Positions 36,404 through 49,724 of a DNA stretch of 64,000 nucleotides are shown one piece after another. How positions within the stretch are numbered: position 1 is the stretch's first letter; every line of letters starts with the position of its first letter. Below the pieces are notes generated by a model. That model was not told the DNA's origin. It saw only the letters and a list, made by a program, of their open reading frames with translations, and did no database searches. Source of the DNA: Malacoraja senta (taxonomy: Eukaryota); contig CM075995.1 in assembly GCA_038087875.1 (NCBI GenBank), positions 4,404,001-4,468,000 on the forward strand, in the 5' to 3' direction. The position numbers were made by a program, and so were the translations under genes.

Positions 36404-37430
36404 GACAATAGACAACAGACAATAGACAATAGGTGCAGGAGTAGGCCATTCGGCCCTTCGAGCCAGCACCGCCATTTAATGTGATCATGGCTGATCATCC
36501 CCAATCAGTATCCCGTTCCTGCCTTCTCCCCATATCCCCTGACTCCGCTATATTTAAGAGCCCTATCTAGTTCTCTCTTGAAAGCATCCAGAGAACCCGC
36601 CTCCACCAGAGATTTCCACAGTCACCACTCTCTGTGAGAAAAAGTGTTTCCTCGTCTCCGTTCTAAATGGTTTACTCCTTATTCTTAAACTGTGGCCCCT
36701 GGTTCTGGACTCCCCCAACATCGGGAACATGTATCTTGCCTCTAGCGTGTCCAAACCCTTAACAATCTTATATGTTTCAATGAGATTTCCTCTCATCCAT
36801 TTAAACTCCAGAGTGTACAAGCCCAGCTGCTCTATTCTCTCAGCATATGACAGTCCCGCCATCCCGGGAATTAACCTTGTAAACCCACGCTGCACTCCCT
36901 CAAAAGCAAGAATGTCCTTTCTCAAATTAGGGGACCAAAACTGCACACAATACCCCAGGTGTGGTCTCACTAGGGCTCTGTACAACTGCAGAAGGACCTC
37001 TTTGCTCCAATATTCGATTACTCGTGTTATAAAGGCCAACATGCCATTCGCTTTCTTCACTGCCTGCTGTACCTGCATGCTTACTTTCATAGACTGATGA
37101 GCAAGGACCCCCAGATCCCGTTGTACTTCCCCTTTTCCCAACTTGACACCATTTAGATAGTAATCTGCCTTCCTGTTTTTGCCACCAAGGTGGATAACAG
37201 GTGGATAATAAAGGCATATCTATCTATCTATCTATCTATCTATCTAACCTCACATTTATCCACATTAAACTTCATCTGCCATGCATCTGCCCACTCCCCC
37301 AACCTGTCCAAATCACCCTGCATTCTCATAGCATCCTCCTCACAGTTCACACTGCCACCCAGCTTTGTGTCATCTGCAAATTTGTTAATGTTACTTTGAA
37401 TTCGTTCATCCAAATCATTGATGTATATGA
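36404..37430 (-). mobile_element. CR1 LINE 3' fragment with (CTATTGT)n tail
   Basis: 192-aa ORF QRDLGVL...RPHLGYCVQFWSP; the same 3' end recurs near 528-1005, 3360-3632, 9578-9963, 10245-10447, 19514-19812, 39620-40190 and 54005-54270. Confidence 0.9.
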
Positions 37431-37553
37431 GGAGATGAAGAGGAATTTATTTAGTCAGAGGGTGGTGAATCTGTGGAATTCATTGCCACAGAAGGCTGCG
37501 GAAGCCAATTCAGTGGATATATTTAAGGCAGAGATAGATAGATTCTTGATTAG

Positions 37554-38595
37554 TAGGTATGTTACAATACTTACCTTCAGTCGCGCTGCAATTCTGTCAC
37601 TGGCCGTGTGCGCAATTTTGGCACCTTTAAGGGGGGGGCGGGCTTAAAACGCGGGTTTCTCCTACCTTGTCCTGTATTATATTTCGTTGGAGTACAAGCG
37701 TTTGCTGAAAAATCATTCCTAGGGGCGTTTTGTGAATTTTTTATTTTTATTAAATCGTCAATGTCAGCGCTGGAGTCATTTTAAAATCAGCTCCTAAAGC
37801 CGTCAACGCCGATAACGGGGATGGATTTCATGTACGGGACAGGTAAACAAAAGTGGTTTCTTTTAATGTATAAAAGTGCATCTTAAGAAGCCTTTAATTC
37901 ACATTTTTTCTTGCAAAACGGTGATTTTATTCCCCGAACTAACGGCAGAATTTTTCATGCCAATACGGGGTTAAATTCACTGCAAATGAACGTTCCAATT
38001 GATCGCGTTCCAGAAATCCTCACTCACAAGATGATTTAAATGCCCATTAATGTCCAGGTATTAAACATTCAATTCCTTCCATTTGGCCTGTAAATTCATG
38101 ACAATGAGATTTAAAAATTATGTTATATTGTGAATTCTTGTGTGAATGTTATTTGGACACTTAGGCTATTTAAAAATGTTAATCTATTCTTAAGAAATTG
38201 ATAGATGTTTAGATCTAGTAATTGAATTTTGGAATTAGCTACAATTAGGTAACTAACTAATTATATGCTTTAATTTCATGTCTTCTAAGTAAGATTGTTT
38301 CATATTTGTTTCAGAATGCTTCAATCTATAATAACTGAACATTTCTTTCAGTTCTCTTAATTTTTAAGAAAGTTATGGGCTTTTAACTGTCTTCGATCAC
38401 AGCTTTTGTGTTAAGTCAATGGAAAGCAATAGGGAACAAGATGCTAATTTCCGAGTATGAAAATGGCCATAACTTTTTTAATACTGAAGATATGAAAGTG
38501 AATTAGGTGTCAAATTAAACTTCTTTTTATGCTTTATCTGATGGGATAAATTGCAGACTTTATTTTTAAAATCTCAAAATTTTGTAACATTGCTA
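37554..38595. mobile_element. Non-autonomous TIR DNA transposon (hAT-like termini) inserted in a CR1 tail
   Basis: TIRs TAGGTATGTTACAA / TTGTAACATTGCTA; 7-bp duplication TGATTAG on both sides; AT-rich, non-coding. Confidence 0.8.
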
Positions 38596-38739
38596 TGATT
38601 AGTACTGGTGTCGGGGATTATGGGGAGAAGGCAGGAGAATGGGGTTAGGAGGGAAAGATAGATGAGCCATGATTGAATGGCGGAGGAGACCTGATGGGCC
38701 GAATGGCCGAATTCTGCTCCAATCACATGATCCCACCGC

Positions 38740-39149
38740 AAGGCAGTATTTTTCTACCACACATGTCCCTCCCTCTGATGGCGCTTGCGTGCATTGGAGT
38801 GGGTTGATTTCCGGGGTCGTGTTGCTGGTTTCATCTGCGGAGATGTCACACTGTGACACTGTTGCTGAAGGAAACTCCATGTAGAATTTCACCCGGAGCG
38901 TTCCAAACTTCGCCCGGCCTTGTTGACTCGCAATTCTCCATAGAAAACAGCAACAACTAAAATCTTACGGACAGGGGACTCTTATTCCTGTCTGAGAAAG
39001 TTTCATTTTAAGAGATTTCGCCCACTTCATTCCGGGAGAGAAGGTCTGTTTTTTTCTACATCCCAGCATTTAATTGCTGAAGAAATCATTGCGCTGGGTC
39101 TCCGTCGTTCGAAGGCAGAGAAGGAATTTGGAACAAGAAACTTTTTGGG
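38740..39149 (+). promoter_or_regulatory. Probable MRS2 promoter / 5' UTR
   Basis: Unique CpG-containing sequence upstream of the ATG with GATGGCG (YY1-like), ATTGG (reverse CCAAT) and TTCCGG (ETS) motifs. Confidence 0.45.
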
Positions 39150-39351
39150 ATGGAGGTCTGCGGACTGACGAGGTCTTTCTTCTGCACTTTTGCAGAGCGA
39201 GCCGGGTTGGCCTTCAAAAGCACGCCTGCTAAATTGCGATTTTTTAAATACGGCTGCAGATGTACGATGTTAAAACCCTGTGGAAGAAGTATTTCTGCAT
39301 TTCATACTTGTGCTTTAGGAACACAACCTCGACTGGGGATAAGCAGACACA
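39150..39351 (+). CDS. MRS2: MRS2 exon 1 (putative mitochondrial targeting presequence)
   Basis: ATG in GGGATGG context; Arg/Lys/Ser-rich, acid-poor peptide MEVCGLTRSFF...; phase-1 donor A|GTGAGT joins exon 2 in frame; lies in unique CpG-containing sequence. Confidence 0.75.
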
Positions 39352-42084
39352 GTGAGTTCTTGCGTTGAAGGCAGACAATTTATAGAGCGCTGTTTATAGC
39401 GGTAGTGAACCTCAGCGTGTTTCTTCACCGACCGCTGTGATGACACTGTTTGACACCTGATGCTATTTTGAAACTAAATGTCGCTTCGTGATAATCAACT
39501 GCAGGCTAATACAACGTGCTGGGGGGAACTCAGCGGGTCAGGCAGCCTCTTCAGTCTGGGACAGTTTCTTCCCAGCTGTTATCAGGCAACTGAACCATCC
39601 CACCACAACTAGAGAGCAGTCAATAGACAGTAGAATAGGTGCAGAAGTAGGCTATTCGGCCCTTCGAGCCAGCACCACCATTCATTGTGATCATGGCTGA
39701 TCAACAGTACCCGTTCCTGCCTTCCCCCCCATATCCCTTGCCTACTCCATCTTTAAGAGCTCTATCTAACTCTTGAAAGCATCCAGAGAATTGGCCTCCA
39801 CTGCCTTCTGAGGCAGAGAATTCCGCAGATTCACAACTCTGTGGGTGAAAAAGTTTCTCCTCATCTCCGTTCTAAATGGCCTACCCCTTATATAAAAATA
39901 GCGGAGTCAGGGGATATGGGGAGAAGGCAAAACGGGGTACTGATTGTGGATGATCAGCCATGATCACATTGAATGGTGGTGCTGGCTCGAAGGGCCGAAT
40001 GGCCTACTCCTGAACCTATTGTCTATTGTCTGTTCTTAAACTGAGGCCCCTGGTTCTGGACACCCCCAACATCGGGAACATGTTTCCTGCCTCTAGCGTG
40101 TCCAAACCCTTAATAATCTTATATGTTTCAATAAGATGCCCTCTCATCCTTCCAAATTCCAGTGTATACAAGCCCAGTTGCTCCATTCTGAAGGAATGGA
40201 GCGACTGAACTGAACTACTGAACTAAGTCCTGAACCAGTCCTGAACTACCATCTACCTCATTGGAGACCCTCGGACTATCTGTGATCAGACTTTATCTTG
40301 CACTAAACGTGATTCAGGTTATTCCCTTTACCGTGTATCTGTACACTGTGAATGGCTCGATTACAATCACGTTTTGCCTTTCTGCTGACTGGTTAAGCAC
40401 GAAACAAGCTTTTCACCGTACCTCAGTACACATGACAATAAAATACTCAAAGAAGGGTGCCAAACGGCAAAGTCGTCTGTCCGTTTCCTCCACAGATGCT
40501 GCCTGGCCCACTCAGTTCCTTCAGCACTTTGTGTTTTGCTCACGTTTCTGGCACCTCAGTCTCTTGTGTCTCAACTGTAAATTAATTGGGGGTTGAATGG
40601 ACTGAATAATAATTCATTCGCTGCACAATGCACGACTTAGGGGTGTTTGAGAAGGATGCTCTTTTACAACGGAGGTGAGGAGGAACTTCTTTAGTCAGAG
40701 GGTAGTTAATCTGTGAAACATTGCCACAGAGGGCTGTGGAGGCGAAGTCAGTGGATATTTTTAAGGCAGAGATAGACAAATTCTTGAAGAAGAATCCTTG
40801 AGGAAAAAGGGTCTCGACCTGAAACGTCACCCAATCCTTCTTTCCAGAGATGCTGCCTGTCCCACTGAGTTACTCCAGCTTTTTGTGCTTATCTTTGGTT
40901 TAAACCACCATCTGCAATCCCTTCATACACAAATTCTTGATTAGAATAGGGGTTATGGGGAGAAGGCAGGAAGATGGGATTAGAAGGCTGAGATCAGCCA
41001 TGATTGAATGGCGGAGCGGCCTAATTCTACTCCTAAACAGCTTCTAATTCTACTACAGCTTCTTGTGTGACACCGGCTAAAAGGTTTTGAGGCATATAGA
41101 CTTAAGTGGTTGTCAATAGTGCTCTTTTTGATCGCCGCATATGTTGATTGTTAACACAGTGTAATTTGTTTCCTTACAAACAGTCCAGTACAGTATCACC
41201 CAAGCACCGATTATCAAGTGTGCAGGAATAATCTAATGAGCCACAAGCAGCTCTGGCACCATGTTCAAAGTTCACGCTCTAGCTCTTACGAGCCATCTCC
41301 TTCCTTGGATGCCACGTGCCATCGGAGGTGCAAAGGGACTGGGGAGTGCAGGTGCAGGATTCCCAAAAAGTCGAATCGGTAGTAAGGAAGGCAAACCCTT
41401 AATAATCTTACATGTTTCAATAAGACATCCACTCATCCTTCTAAATTCCAGAGTATACAAGCCCAGCCACTCCATTCTCTCAGCAGATGACAATTGCATC
41501 ATCCCGGGAATTAACCTTGTGAACCTACGCTGCACTCCCTCAATAGCAAGAATGTCCTTCCTCAAATTTGGTGACCAAAACTGCACACAATACACCAGAG
41601 GTGGTCTCACTAGGGCCCTGTACAACTGCAGACGGACCTCTTTGCCCCGATACTCAAATCATGGCTGATCTATCTCTTCCTTCTAACCCCATTCTCCTGT
41701 CTTCTCCCTATAACCTCTGACACCTGATATCTGAGGAAGGCTGTGCTGGCACTGGAGAGGGTCCAGAGGAGGTTTACGAGAATGATCCCAGAAATGAGTG
41801 GTTAACATATGATGAGTGTTTGACGGACCTCTACTCACTGGAGTTTAGAAGGATGGGAGGACACATCGTTGAAACTTATCGAACAGTGAAAGGCCTGGAT
41901 AGAGTGTATTTGGAGAGGATGTTTCCACTAGTGGGAGAGTCTTAGGACCAGAGGTCATATCCTCATAATTAAAGAATGTCCCTTTAGGATGGAGGTGAGG
42001 AATTTCTTTGGTCAGAAGGTGGCGAATCTGTGGAATTTATTGCCACAGAAGGCTGTGGAGGCTGTCAATGGATATTTTTGATGA

Positions 42085-43170
42085 TGGAAGGAATACAAGG
42101 AATTTGCCTTGGTGCTCCGCTCGCAAGTAATAACACGATATACAGTAACAATTAAGAATGACACATAAAACATTAAACATTAATAATAAAACATAGTTTA
42201 AACATGTGAATGAAATAAAATACCAGAGCAAAAGGAAGCTACAGACTTTTGGTTATTGAGTAGAGCTACTGCTCGTGGAGAAAAGCTGTTTTTATGTCTG
42301 GCTGTGTCGGCTTTGACAGTCCAGAGTCGCCTTCCAGAGGGAAGTGCTACAAAGAGTTTGCGGCCAGGGTGAGAGGGTCAGAGATAATCTTACCTGCTCG
42401 CTTCCTGGCCCTTGCAGTGTACAGTTCGTCAATGGGGGGAAGGTTGCAGCCAACAACCTTCTCAACTGATCGGAGGATTCGCCGCAGCCTCCAGATGTCG
42501 TGCTTGATGGCTGAGCCAAACTAGACCATGATGGAGAAGGTGAGGACAGTATAAAACTGGACCATCATTGCCTGTGGCAGATTGTGTTTCCTCAGCTGCC
42601 GCAGGAAGTACATCCTCTGTTGGGCCTTTTTGACTGTGGAGTCGATGGTGGCCTCCCATTTAAGGTCCCTGGAGATGATGGTTCCAAGGAACTTAAAAGA
42701 CTCCACAGATGTGACTGTGGTGTTGTTGATGGTGAGTGGAGGGAGGGGAGGGGGAGCTCTCCTAAAGTCTACAATCAATTCCACTGTCTTAAGAGCATTG
42801 AGCTCCAGGTTGTTGCGATGGCACCAGGATACCAGCTGTGTCACTTCCTGTCTGAAGGCAGATTCTTCCCCATCCTGGATCAGTCCAATCAGGGTTGTGT
42901 CGCCCGCAAACTTGAGAAGCTTGACAGAGGAGTCTGCTGAGGTGCAGTCTTTGGTGTAGAGAGAGTAGAGAGTACGCAGCCTTGCGGTGCTCCTATGCTG
43001 AGCGTTTGCGGGTCCGAGATGTGCTTTCCCAGCCTCACATGCTGCTTCCTGTCTGTCAGGAAGTTGGTGATCCACTGATAGAGGGGTTCAGGCACAGTCT
43101 GGAGAGTTTGGAGTGCAGTAGCTCTGGTACAATGGTGTTGAAAGCAGTACTAAAATCCACAAACACAATC
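42085..43170 (-). mobile_element. Rex1/Babar-type LINE, 3' RT fragment
   Basis: GAPQGCVLS, LLKFAGDTTLIGLI, KTVELIVDFRR, FKFLGTII and KKAQQRMYFLRQL; frameshifted. Confidence 0.85.
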
Positions 43171-43813
43171 CTTACATAGATAGATACATTCTTAATTTGT
43201 ACGGATGTCCGGGGTTATGGGGAGAAGGCAGGAGAATGGGGTTAAGAAGGAAAGATGGATCAGCCATGACTGAATGGTGGCATAGACTTGATGAGCCAAA
43301 TGGCCTAATTTTTCCCCTATCACATGCACTTATGAAAAGGTGGAAAATGGTGTTACAGTGGAGAATAGCCATAATGTAATCCTGTTTCTCTATTTATTTT
43401 TAATAGTGATATACAATATTGCTTCACTTTGAAGTATTTCTCTGTAAAACACTGTACTCAAATACATGTAAATCTGACTAACACGATTTTGCTCCATTGC
43501 ATTTAAAATGTTCCTTTACGCCCCAACCTGATTTCTATACCAATTGATTCATTCCCATACAAAGCAATGTAGGGTATTTTGTTGCATTTAATAACTTTTT
43601 TAAAGTAATTTCTTCGGAATTTATGAGACCCGCAGCCGACCTCAATGTCCGTGGCTATAGTGTCAGACTGACTTAAGACATCTTCTGGACATTGCGGGTG
43701 GTCCTGTGGTGAAAACCCCATGCCTCAACTGCTCTAATTTGTAGCTGGGAGAGAGCTTGCTTGTTTATGCTGAAAGCAAGTCTTTAATATTTTAAACTTT
43801 GACATTTCTTCAG

Positions 43814-43890
43814 TGAATAGACAACAACAATGTCACACCAAGGATTCATCGCAAAGTGCCCTTGGAAGTGTGGTTCCCGTGTTTTCTGTC
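43814..43890 (+). CDS. MRS2: MRS2 exon 2
   Basis: tttcttcag acceptor, ...DSSQSALGSVVPVFSV (human DVSQATLASVAPVFTV), GTAAGT donor. Confidence 0.9.
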
Positions 43891-43975
43891 GTAAGTGTCG
43901 TTTCTTGAATATTTATAACATTTTAAAGAACATACGCATGCATGCATTACATTAAAAATATATATTTTCTTTCAG

Positions 43976-44012
43976 GTGAAATATGAGAGTACTGGGAATA
44001 TAAGCTTCTTTG
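43976..44012 (+). CDS. MRS2: MRS2 exon 3 (37 nt)
   Basis: ttttctttcag acceptor, VKYESTGNISFF (human TKFDKQGNVTSF), GTAGGT donor; follows an 85-nt intron. Confidence 0.9.
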
Positions 44013-45334
44013 GTAGGTTGGTTTTAATCATTTTATATTTAAAGTATATTTGTTGGTAAGAAATAATTTAACCAATTTTAAATACTTGAACATTGATTCC
44101 ATTTATTTTTGTTCTTTTGCCAGCCTCACTTCATCATCTGTTATGCAATTAATGTACCCACAGTCATCTTATCGACAGACATCTTTAAGTAGCTTGTGTC
44201 ACCTGCATTCATTGTATTTATGTAGGTTTTTAATGCATAATAATTCTTGCCATGCATTGAAGAAATGTAACTGGACATAAGCCTACACCAAACCAAAGGT
44301 TTATTTTAGGAAAGAACTGCAGATGCTGGTTTAAATCAAAGCTGGACACAAAGTGCTGGAGTAACTCAGCGGGACAGGCAGCATCTCTGGAGAGAAGGAA
44401 TGGGTGACTGATCTGTCTGAAGAAGGGTCTTGATCCGAAAAGTCACCCGTTCCTTCTATCCAGAGATGCTGCCTATCCCGCTGAGTTATTCCAGCATTTT
44501 GTATCTATCAAAGGTTTGGTTTAGTTTAGTTTAGATATGTAGCATGGAAACAGGCCCTTCAGCCCACTGAGTCCACACTGACCATTGATCACCTGTTCAC
44601 AGTATTACTATGTTATCCCACTTTCCCATCCAATCCCTGAACATCCGGGACAATTTTAGAGATGCCAATTAATCTATAAACCCGCATGTCTTTGTGATGT
44701 GGAAGGAAACTGGAGCCCTGGAGGAAACCCATGGGAAAATGTGCTAACTCTACATAGACGGTACCTGAGGTCAGGATTGAAACCAGGTACCTCTGGTGCT
44801 GTGAGACAGTAGCTCTACCAGCTATTTCATTGTGCTGCCATAAATATCATTATGGACGGAGTGTGGCAGAGGGTAATGAAAATCTTAGGCAGAAGTGAAA
44901 GTCAAAGAAGAGGAATGTTTCAAAGTATCCATCTAAGATGAGGATATAGAAAGTGAATGAATGAATGAATGAATACTCCACATGGCACAGTGAAATTCTT
45001 CGTTTGCATACCCAAGGTATGCAAATAGTCGCCACATAAAGGTCACTGACAAAGTTACGAAGTATCCCACGCCAGGTCCTCATTTGTTCACCCCCCCCTC
45101 CCCCTTGCTCCAGGTCCAACCCTCCACCCCCCGCACCCCGCAACAGTTTCCCCCACGGCAAGTCCACCTGGTAATGAAGAAAGTGTAAAATGTTGTTCTG
45201 CTGATTATGATTCTGGGTATTTAGTTTGTTTAGTAGTTGAAATGGTAACAAGAGAAAATTACTACGGCTTAAAATGCTGTAGAGATTGGCCTCAAATTTA
45301 TTACTTAATGTTTATAAAATCATTCTCGCCGTAG

Positions 45335-45447
45335 AACGAAAGAGGACTGAACTGTACCAGGAACTTGGTCTCCAAGCGCGAGATTTGCGATTTCAGCACT
45401 TAACGAGTATTAATACCAGGAATAATTGCATCATCCTCAGGATGGAG
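45335..45447 (+). CDS. MRS2: MRS2 exon 4
   Basis: ERKRTELYQELGLQARDLRFQHLTSINTRNNCIILRME, with the conserved ARDLR motif; TAG acceptor, GTAAGA donor. Confidence 0.97.
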
Positions 45448-46032
45448 GTAAGAAGGCTTCCCAGCTGAGAAAGAAAAGCGTTTCAGGTTAAAGGTCATTC
45501 TGGACATGCTGAGAATTTCAAGCATTTTCTGTTTTTGTTTCAGGCTTTCAGCATCTGCGTTTAAGTTTGATTTTCATTTACTTTTATACAGTGGCTTAGG
45601 AAGCATCCAAAAGCATTAAAAACGGAGCAGACGGTGTGTACGCAGCAAGATGCACAAAAATACATTTCATAATAAACAGATCTTTTTAAGCAATTTTGTG
45701 ATTGAGTAATAAATATTGGTTATGGTATCATGAAAATCTTCTTTCAATGATATTGTTAGTCTTTTAAACTCATTTTGAAAGGATACATGAACACTGAAGT
45801 AATCTTACCTGAAGGACTACCTTAAAATTCATAATGATGCATTGAGCTCAGACCTAATACAGGGTGGCACGGTGGAGCAGATGTTAATTGGCTTCAGTAA
45901 AAATTGTAAAAATTGTACATTGTCCCGAGCGTTTAGGATAGTGCTAGTGTGCAGGGATCGCTGATCGGCGCAGACACGGTGGGCCAAAGAGCTTGTTCCC
46001 GTGCTGTATCTCTAAACTAAACTAAACTATTT

Positions 46033-49000
46033 CAGGGCTCTCGCTTAACTTTTTTTCCCTGTTGCCAGCCGGGCAACCCTTTTTAGGTTGCCAAACGACA
46101 GTTTAGGCGGTCATTTAAGACGGCTTGCATGACACGTGCGATAATGTGCTCGGACGAAGTGCGTAGTTACCAGTCAGAATTATGGTCAATGAAGCATTCA
46201 CGTATTATTTCTGCTTCAAATAAAGTCACAAACTAAACATATTCACCAATCAAGACGTGATATATACCACAATGACATGCAGCAAAATTATAATACAGTA
46301 TCTCATCTCCTTTTACACGTTGCAATGAATGCAATTTCTATTATTTCTTTCCACTTCCAAACAGAATTCTGGTTGGATTATTCAGCGTATGATCAACCTC
46401 AGTGAGACCAAGTGCACGCTTGGCGATCGCTTTGCACAACACCTCCACTCAGTTCACAATAACCAACCTGATCTCCCGGTGGCTCAGCACTTCAACTCCC
46501 CCTCTCATTCCGAATCCGACCTTTCTGTCCTGGGCCTCCTCCATGGCCAGAGTGAGGCCCACCGCATATTGGAGGAACAGCACCTCATATTTTGCTTGGT
46601 AGTTTGCACCTCAGCGGTATGAACATTGGCTTCTCCAATTTCAGGTAGTCCTTGCTTTCTCCCACCTTCCCCTCCCATTCCCAGCTCTCCCACAGCCTAC
46701 TGTCTCTGCCTCTTCCTTTCTTTTTTCCGACCCCCCCCCCCCGACATCAGTCTGAAGAAGGGTCTCGACCCGAAACGTCGCCTATTCCTTCGCTCCATAA
46801 ATGCTGCCTCACCCGCTCATTTTCTCCAGCTTTGTCTACCAACGGGATCCCACCACTGGCCACATCTTCCCATCTCCTCCCCTGTCGGCTTTCCGCAGAG
46901 ACCGCTCCTTCCGTAACTCCCTGGTCATTTCGTCCCTTCCCACCCAAACCACCCCCTCTCCTGGCACTTTCCCTTGCATCCGCAGGAAATGCTACACTTG
47001 TCGTTTTACCTCCCCCTTGACTCCATTCAAGGACCCAAACGGTCTTTCCAGGTGCGGCAGTGGTTAACGTGCACCTCCTCCAACCTCATCTATTGCATCC
47101 GCTGCTCTATGTGTCAGCTGCTCTACATCGGTGAGACCAAGCATAGGCTTGGTGATCGCTTTGCCCAATACCTCCGCTCAGTTCGCAATAACCAACCTGA
47201 TCTCCCGGTGGCTCAGCACTTCAACTCCCCCTCCCATTCCGAATCCGACTTTTCTGTCCTGGGCCTCCTCCATGGCCAGAGTGAGGCCCACCGTAAATTG
47301 GAGGAGCAGCACCTCATATTTGGCTTGGGCAGTTTACACCCCAGCGGTATAAAAATTGACCTCCAATTTCAGGTAGTCCCTGCTTTCTCCTCCGCTTCCC
47401 AGCTCTCCCTCAGCCCACTGTCTCCGCCTCTTCCTTTCTTCTTCCCACCCCCTGAACCCTCACATCAGTTTGAAGAAGGGTCTCGACCCAAAACGTCGCT
47501 TATTTCCTTTGCTCCATAGATGCTGCATCATCCACTGAGTTTCTCCAGCATTTTTGTTTCCCCCATTCACACATGTTCGGCTATCCCACTTTCCTCACCC
47601 ACTCCCTACATATTAGGGGCAATTTTACAGAGACAAGTTAACCTACAAAGCCAATGCATCTTTGGGACGTGGGAGGAAACCTACATGCTTGCATGGAGAA
47701 TGTGCAAATTCAACACAGACAGTGCCCGAGGACAGGATCGAACACAGGTCACTGGCGTCTGAGGCAGCAAGTCCACCAGCTGTGCTACTATATTTTAATT
47801 TCCAACACACACAAAATTATACGTTGATAACTTTGGTTACTGAAAAAAAAGAATCTATCCATTTTCAGTCTTAAATCTCTAAGTGATGCTATGTCCCCCT
47901 TTAAACTGTATGTTTAAATTTAGTTCAAGACTATGGGGCAGTACATTGGCCATAAAGTTGCTGCCTAAAATTGCCAGAGACCCGGAATTGATCCTGAATA
48001 TGGGTGCTGTCTGTATGGAGTTTGCTCCTTTTCCCTTTGATCACATGGGTTTTCTCCGGGTGCTCTTGTTTCCTTCCACATTCCAAAGGTGTGCAGGAAC
48101 CTTTTTCAGACCCAACCCAAAACGTAATATTTTCCTTTTGTCCAGAGATTCTGTCTGACCTGTTGAGTTACTCCAGCTTTTTGTGTCTATCTTAAGTTTA
48201 AACCAGCATCTGCAGTTCCTTCCTACACACATGATACTATACGATAGAACTTTTTAAATCCCAGGAGGGAAATTGTGTGTGTGTGTATAGTTATATATTC
48301 ATATTTTGTTTTCTCGTTGATAACATTGTTTACAGAGTACTATGTTTACATATTCTGTTGTGCTGCTGCAAGTAAGGATTTCATTGGGACATGAGAGAAT
48401 AAAACACTCTTGACTCTTGACTTACGTCGTTAATGTGTGGGATAGAACTAGTGTATGGGTGATCGGTGGTCGGCATGGACTCGGTGGGCCAAAGGGCCTG
48501 TTTCCACGCTGTATCTTTAAATTAAACTAAAACACTAAAACCAGAGGAAATCTAAAGAAGGGTCTCTACCTGAAACGTCACCCAATTTCTTCTATCCAGA
48601 GATGTTGACTGCTCCATGGAGTTCCGCCGCACAATTAAAGCATGGAATACTCTTCACCGTACTATAGGTACCCAACCAGAAGCAATTAAATTTAAGGTAA
48701 CTCTTTTTTGTTTAAGTCCAAGTCAAGAGTCAAGAGAGTTTTATTGTCATGTGTCCCAGATAGGACAATGAAATTTTTGCTTGCTGCAGCATAACATAAT
48801 ATGAAACATAATACAGAACAGGAGATAAAAGTTTACTGTGTCTATATACCATAGACCATATATATACACAATAAATAAACAGATAAAATGCAATAGGCTA
48901 TTTTTGGAGGACCAGGAAACCAAGAAGCAAGAGTTACTCCAGGGAGTTACTCCAGTTCGAACGAGTGATTCTGCGTTGGTTTTCAGCGGTCGTGGCGAGT

Positions 49001-49450
49001 GGACAGCAATGGCAGCCAGATCTACCACCATGCAAAGGGAGGGAGAAAGTGGCCGACGTCGACCAGTTGCAGTGACAGTGTGCATGTGCAGGGCGGCACA
49101 TGCGCACAGCCACGGCCGATGATGTGCTGGCAAAAGATCCTCGCTATAGGATCTTTGGTGCTGACCGTGGTTGTGCGCATGTGCAAGGCGGCCGGCCGTG
49201 CCGGCGGATGAGGAGCGGATAGAGACACGGACATGGATAGCGGGCGGAGACCCGAGACATGGACACGGATAGCGAGCGGAGACGGAGAGTGCCACAGAGA
49301 AAGAGAAAGATAGAGAGGGAGCCCGCTCAGAATTAAATGATAGGTGTCCCGGGTGCTTGCCAAGCCGGGCAAAATGGCATGGCTTTTAGGTTGCCCGGCG
49401 GGACTGTGGGTTGCCATTGGCAACCGGGCAACCGCTAATTTCGAGCCCTG
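46033..49450. mobile_element. Non-autonomous TIR element (CAGGGCTC ends) carrying nested Penelope, SINE and other inserts
   Basis: CAGGGCTC...GAGCCCTG termini, TATTT on both flanks, subterminal GGCAACC/GGTTGCC repeats. Confidence 0.7.
46401..47560 (+). mobile_element. Penelope-like element 3' region (GIY-YIG endonuclease) in partial tandem, with pLTRs
   Basis: CTSSNLIYCIRC..C..LYIGET...VAQHFN...E..LIF.LGSL.PSG motifs present twice, each copy followed by the ctgaagaagggtctcgacccgaaacgtc pLTR segment. Confidence 0.9.
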
Positions 49451-49724
49451 TATTTGTAATGCTTGTAGCACCAGTCCATAAGCATTACAAATAAACTTTA
49501 AATTTACCAGTAAACCAAAAGTGAAAATTGCAGATGCTGAAAAACTGGAGCAAAAACAAAGTGCAGGAAATGAGGAGCAGATAAAATGACATCTGTGTCA
49601 TTCTGAAATGTTGACTCCTCTTACCACAGATGCTGCCTTACGTGTTGAATGTTTCCTACATTTTCTAATTCTGTCTAAAACTTCCAGTCCTTAACAAAAA
49701 GGTTTTGCTGAATTTATGTTGGCA

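Noticed and set aside
41184..41390. Possible extra MRS2 exon in intron 1
   Set aside because: An open frame follows an AG, but no phase-1 donor was found; exons 1 and 2 already join in frame.
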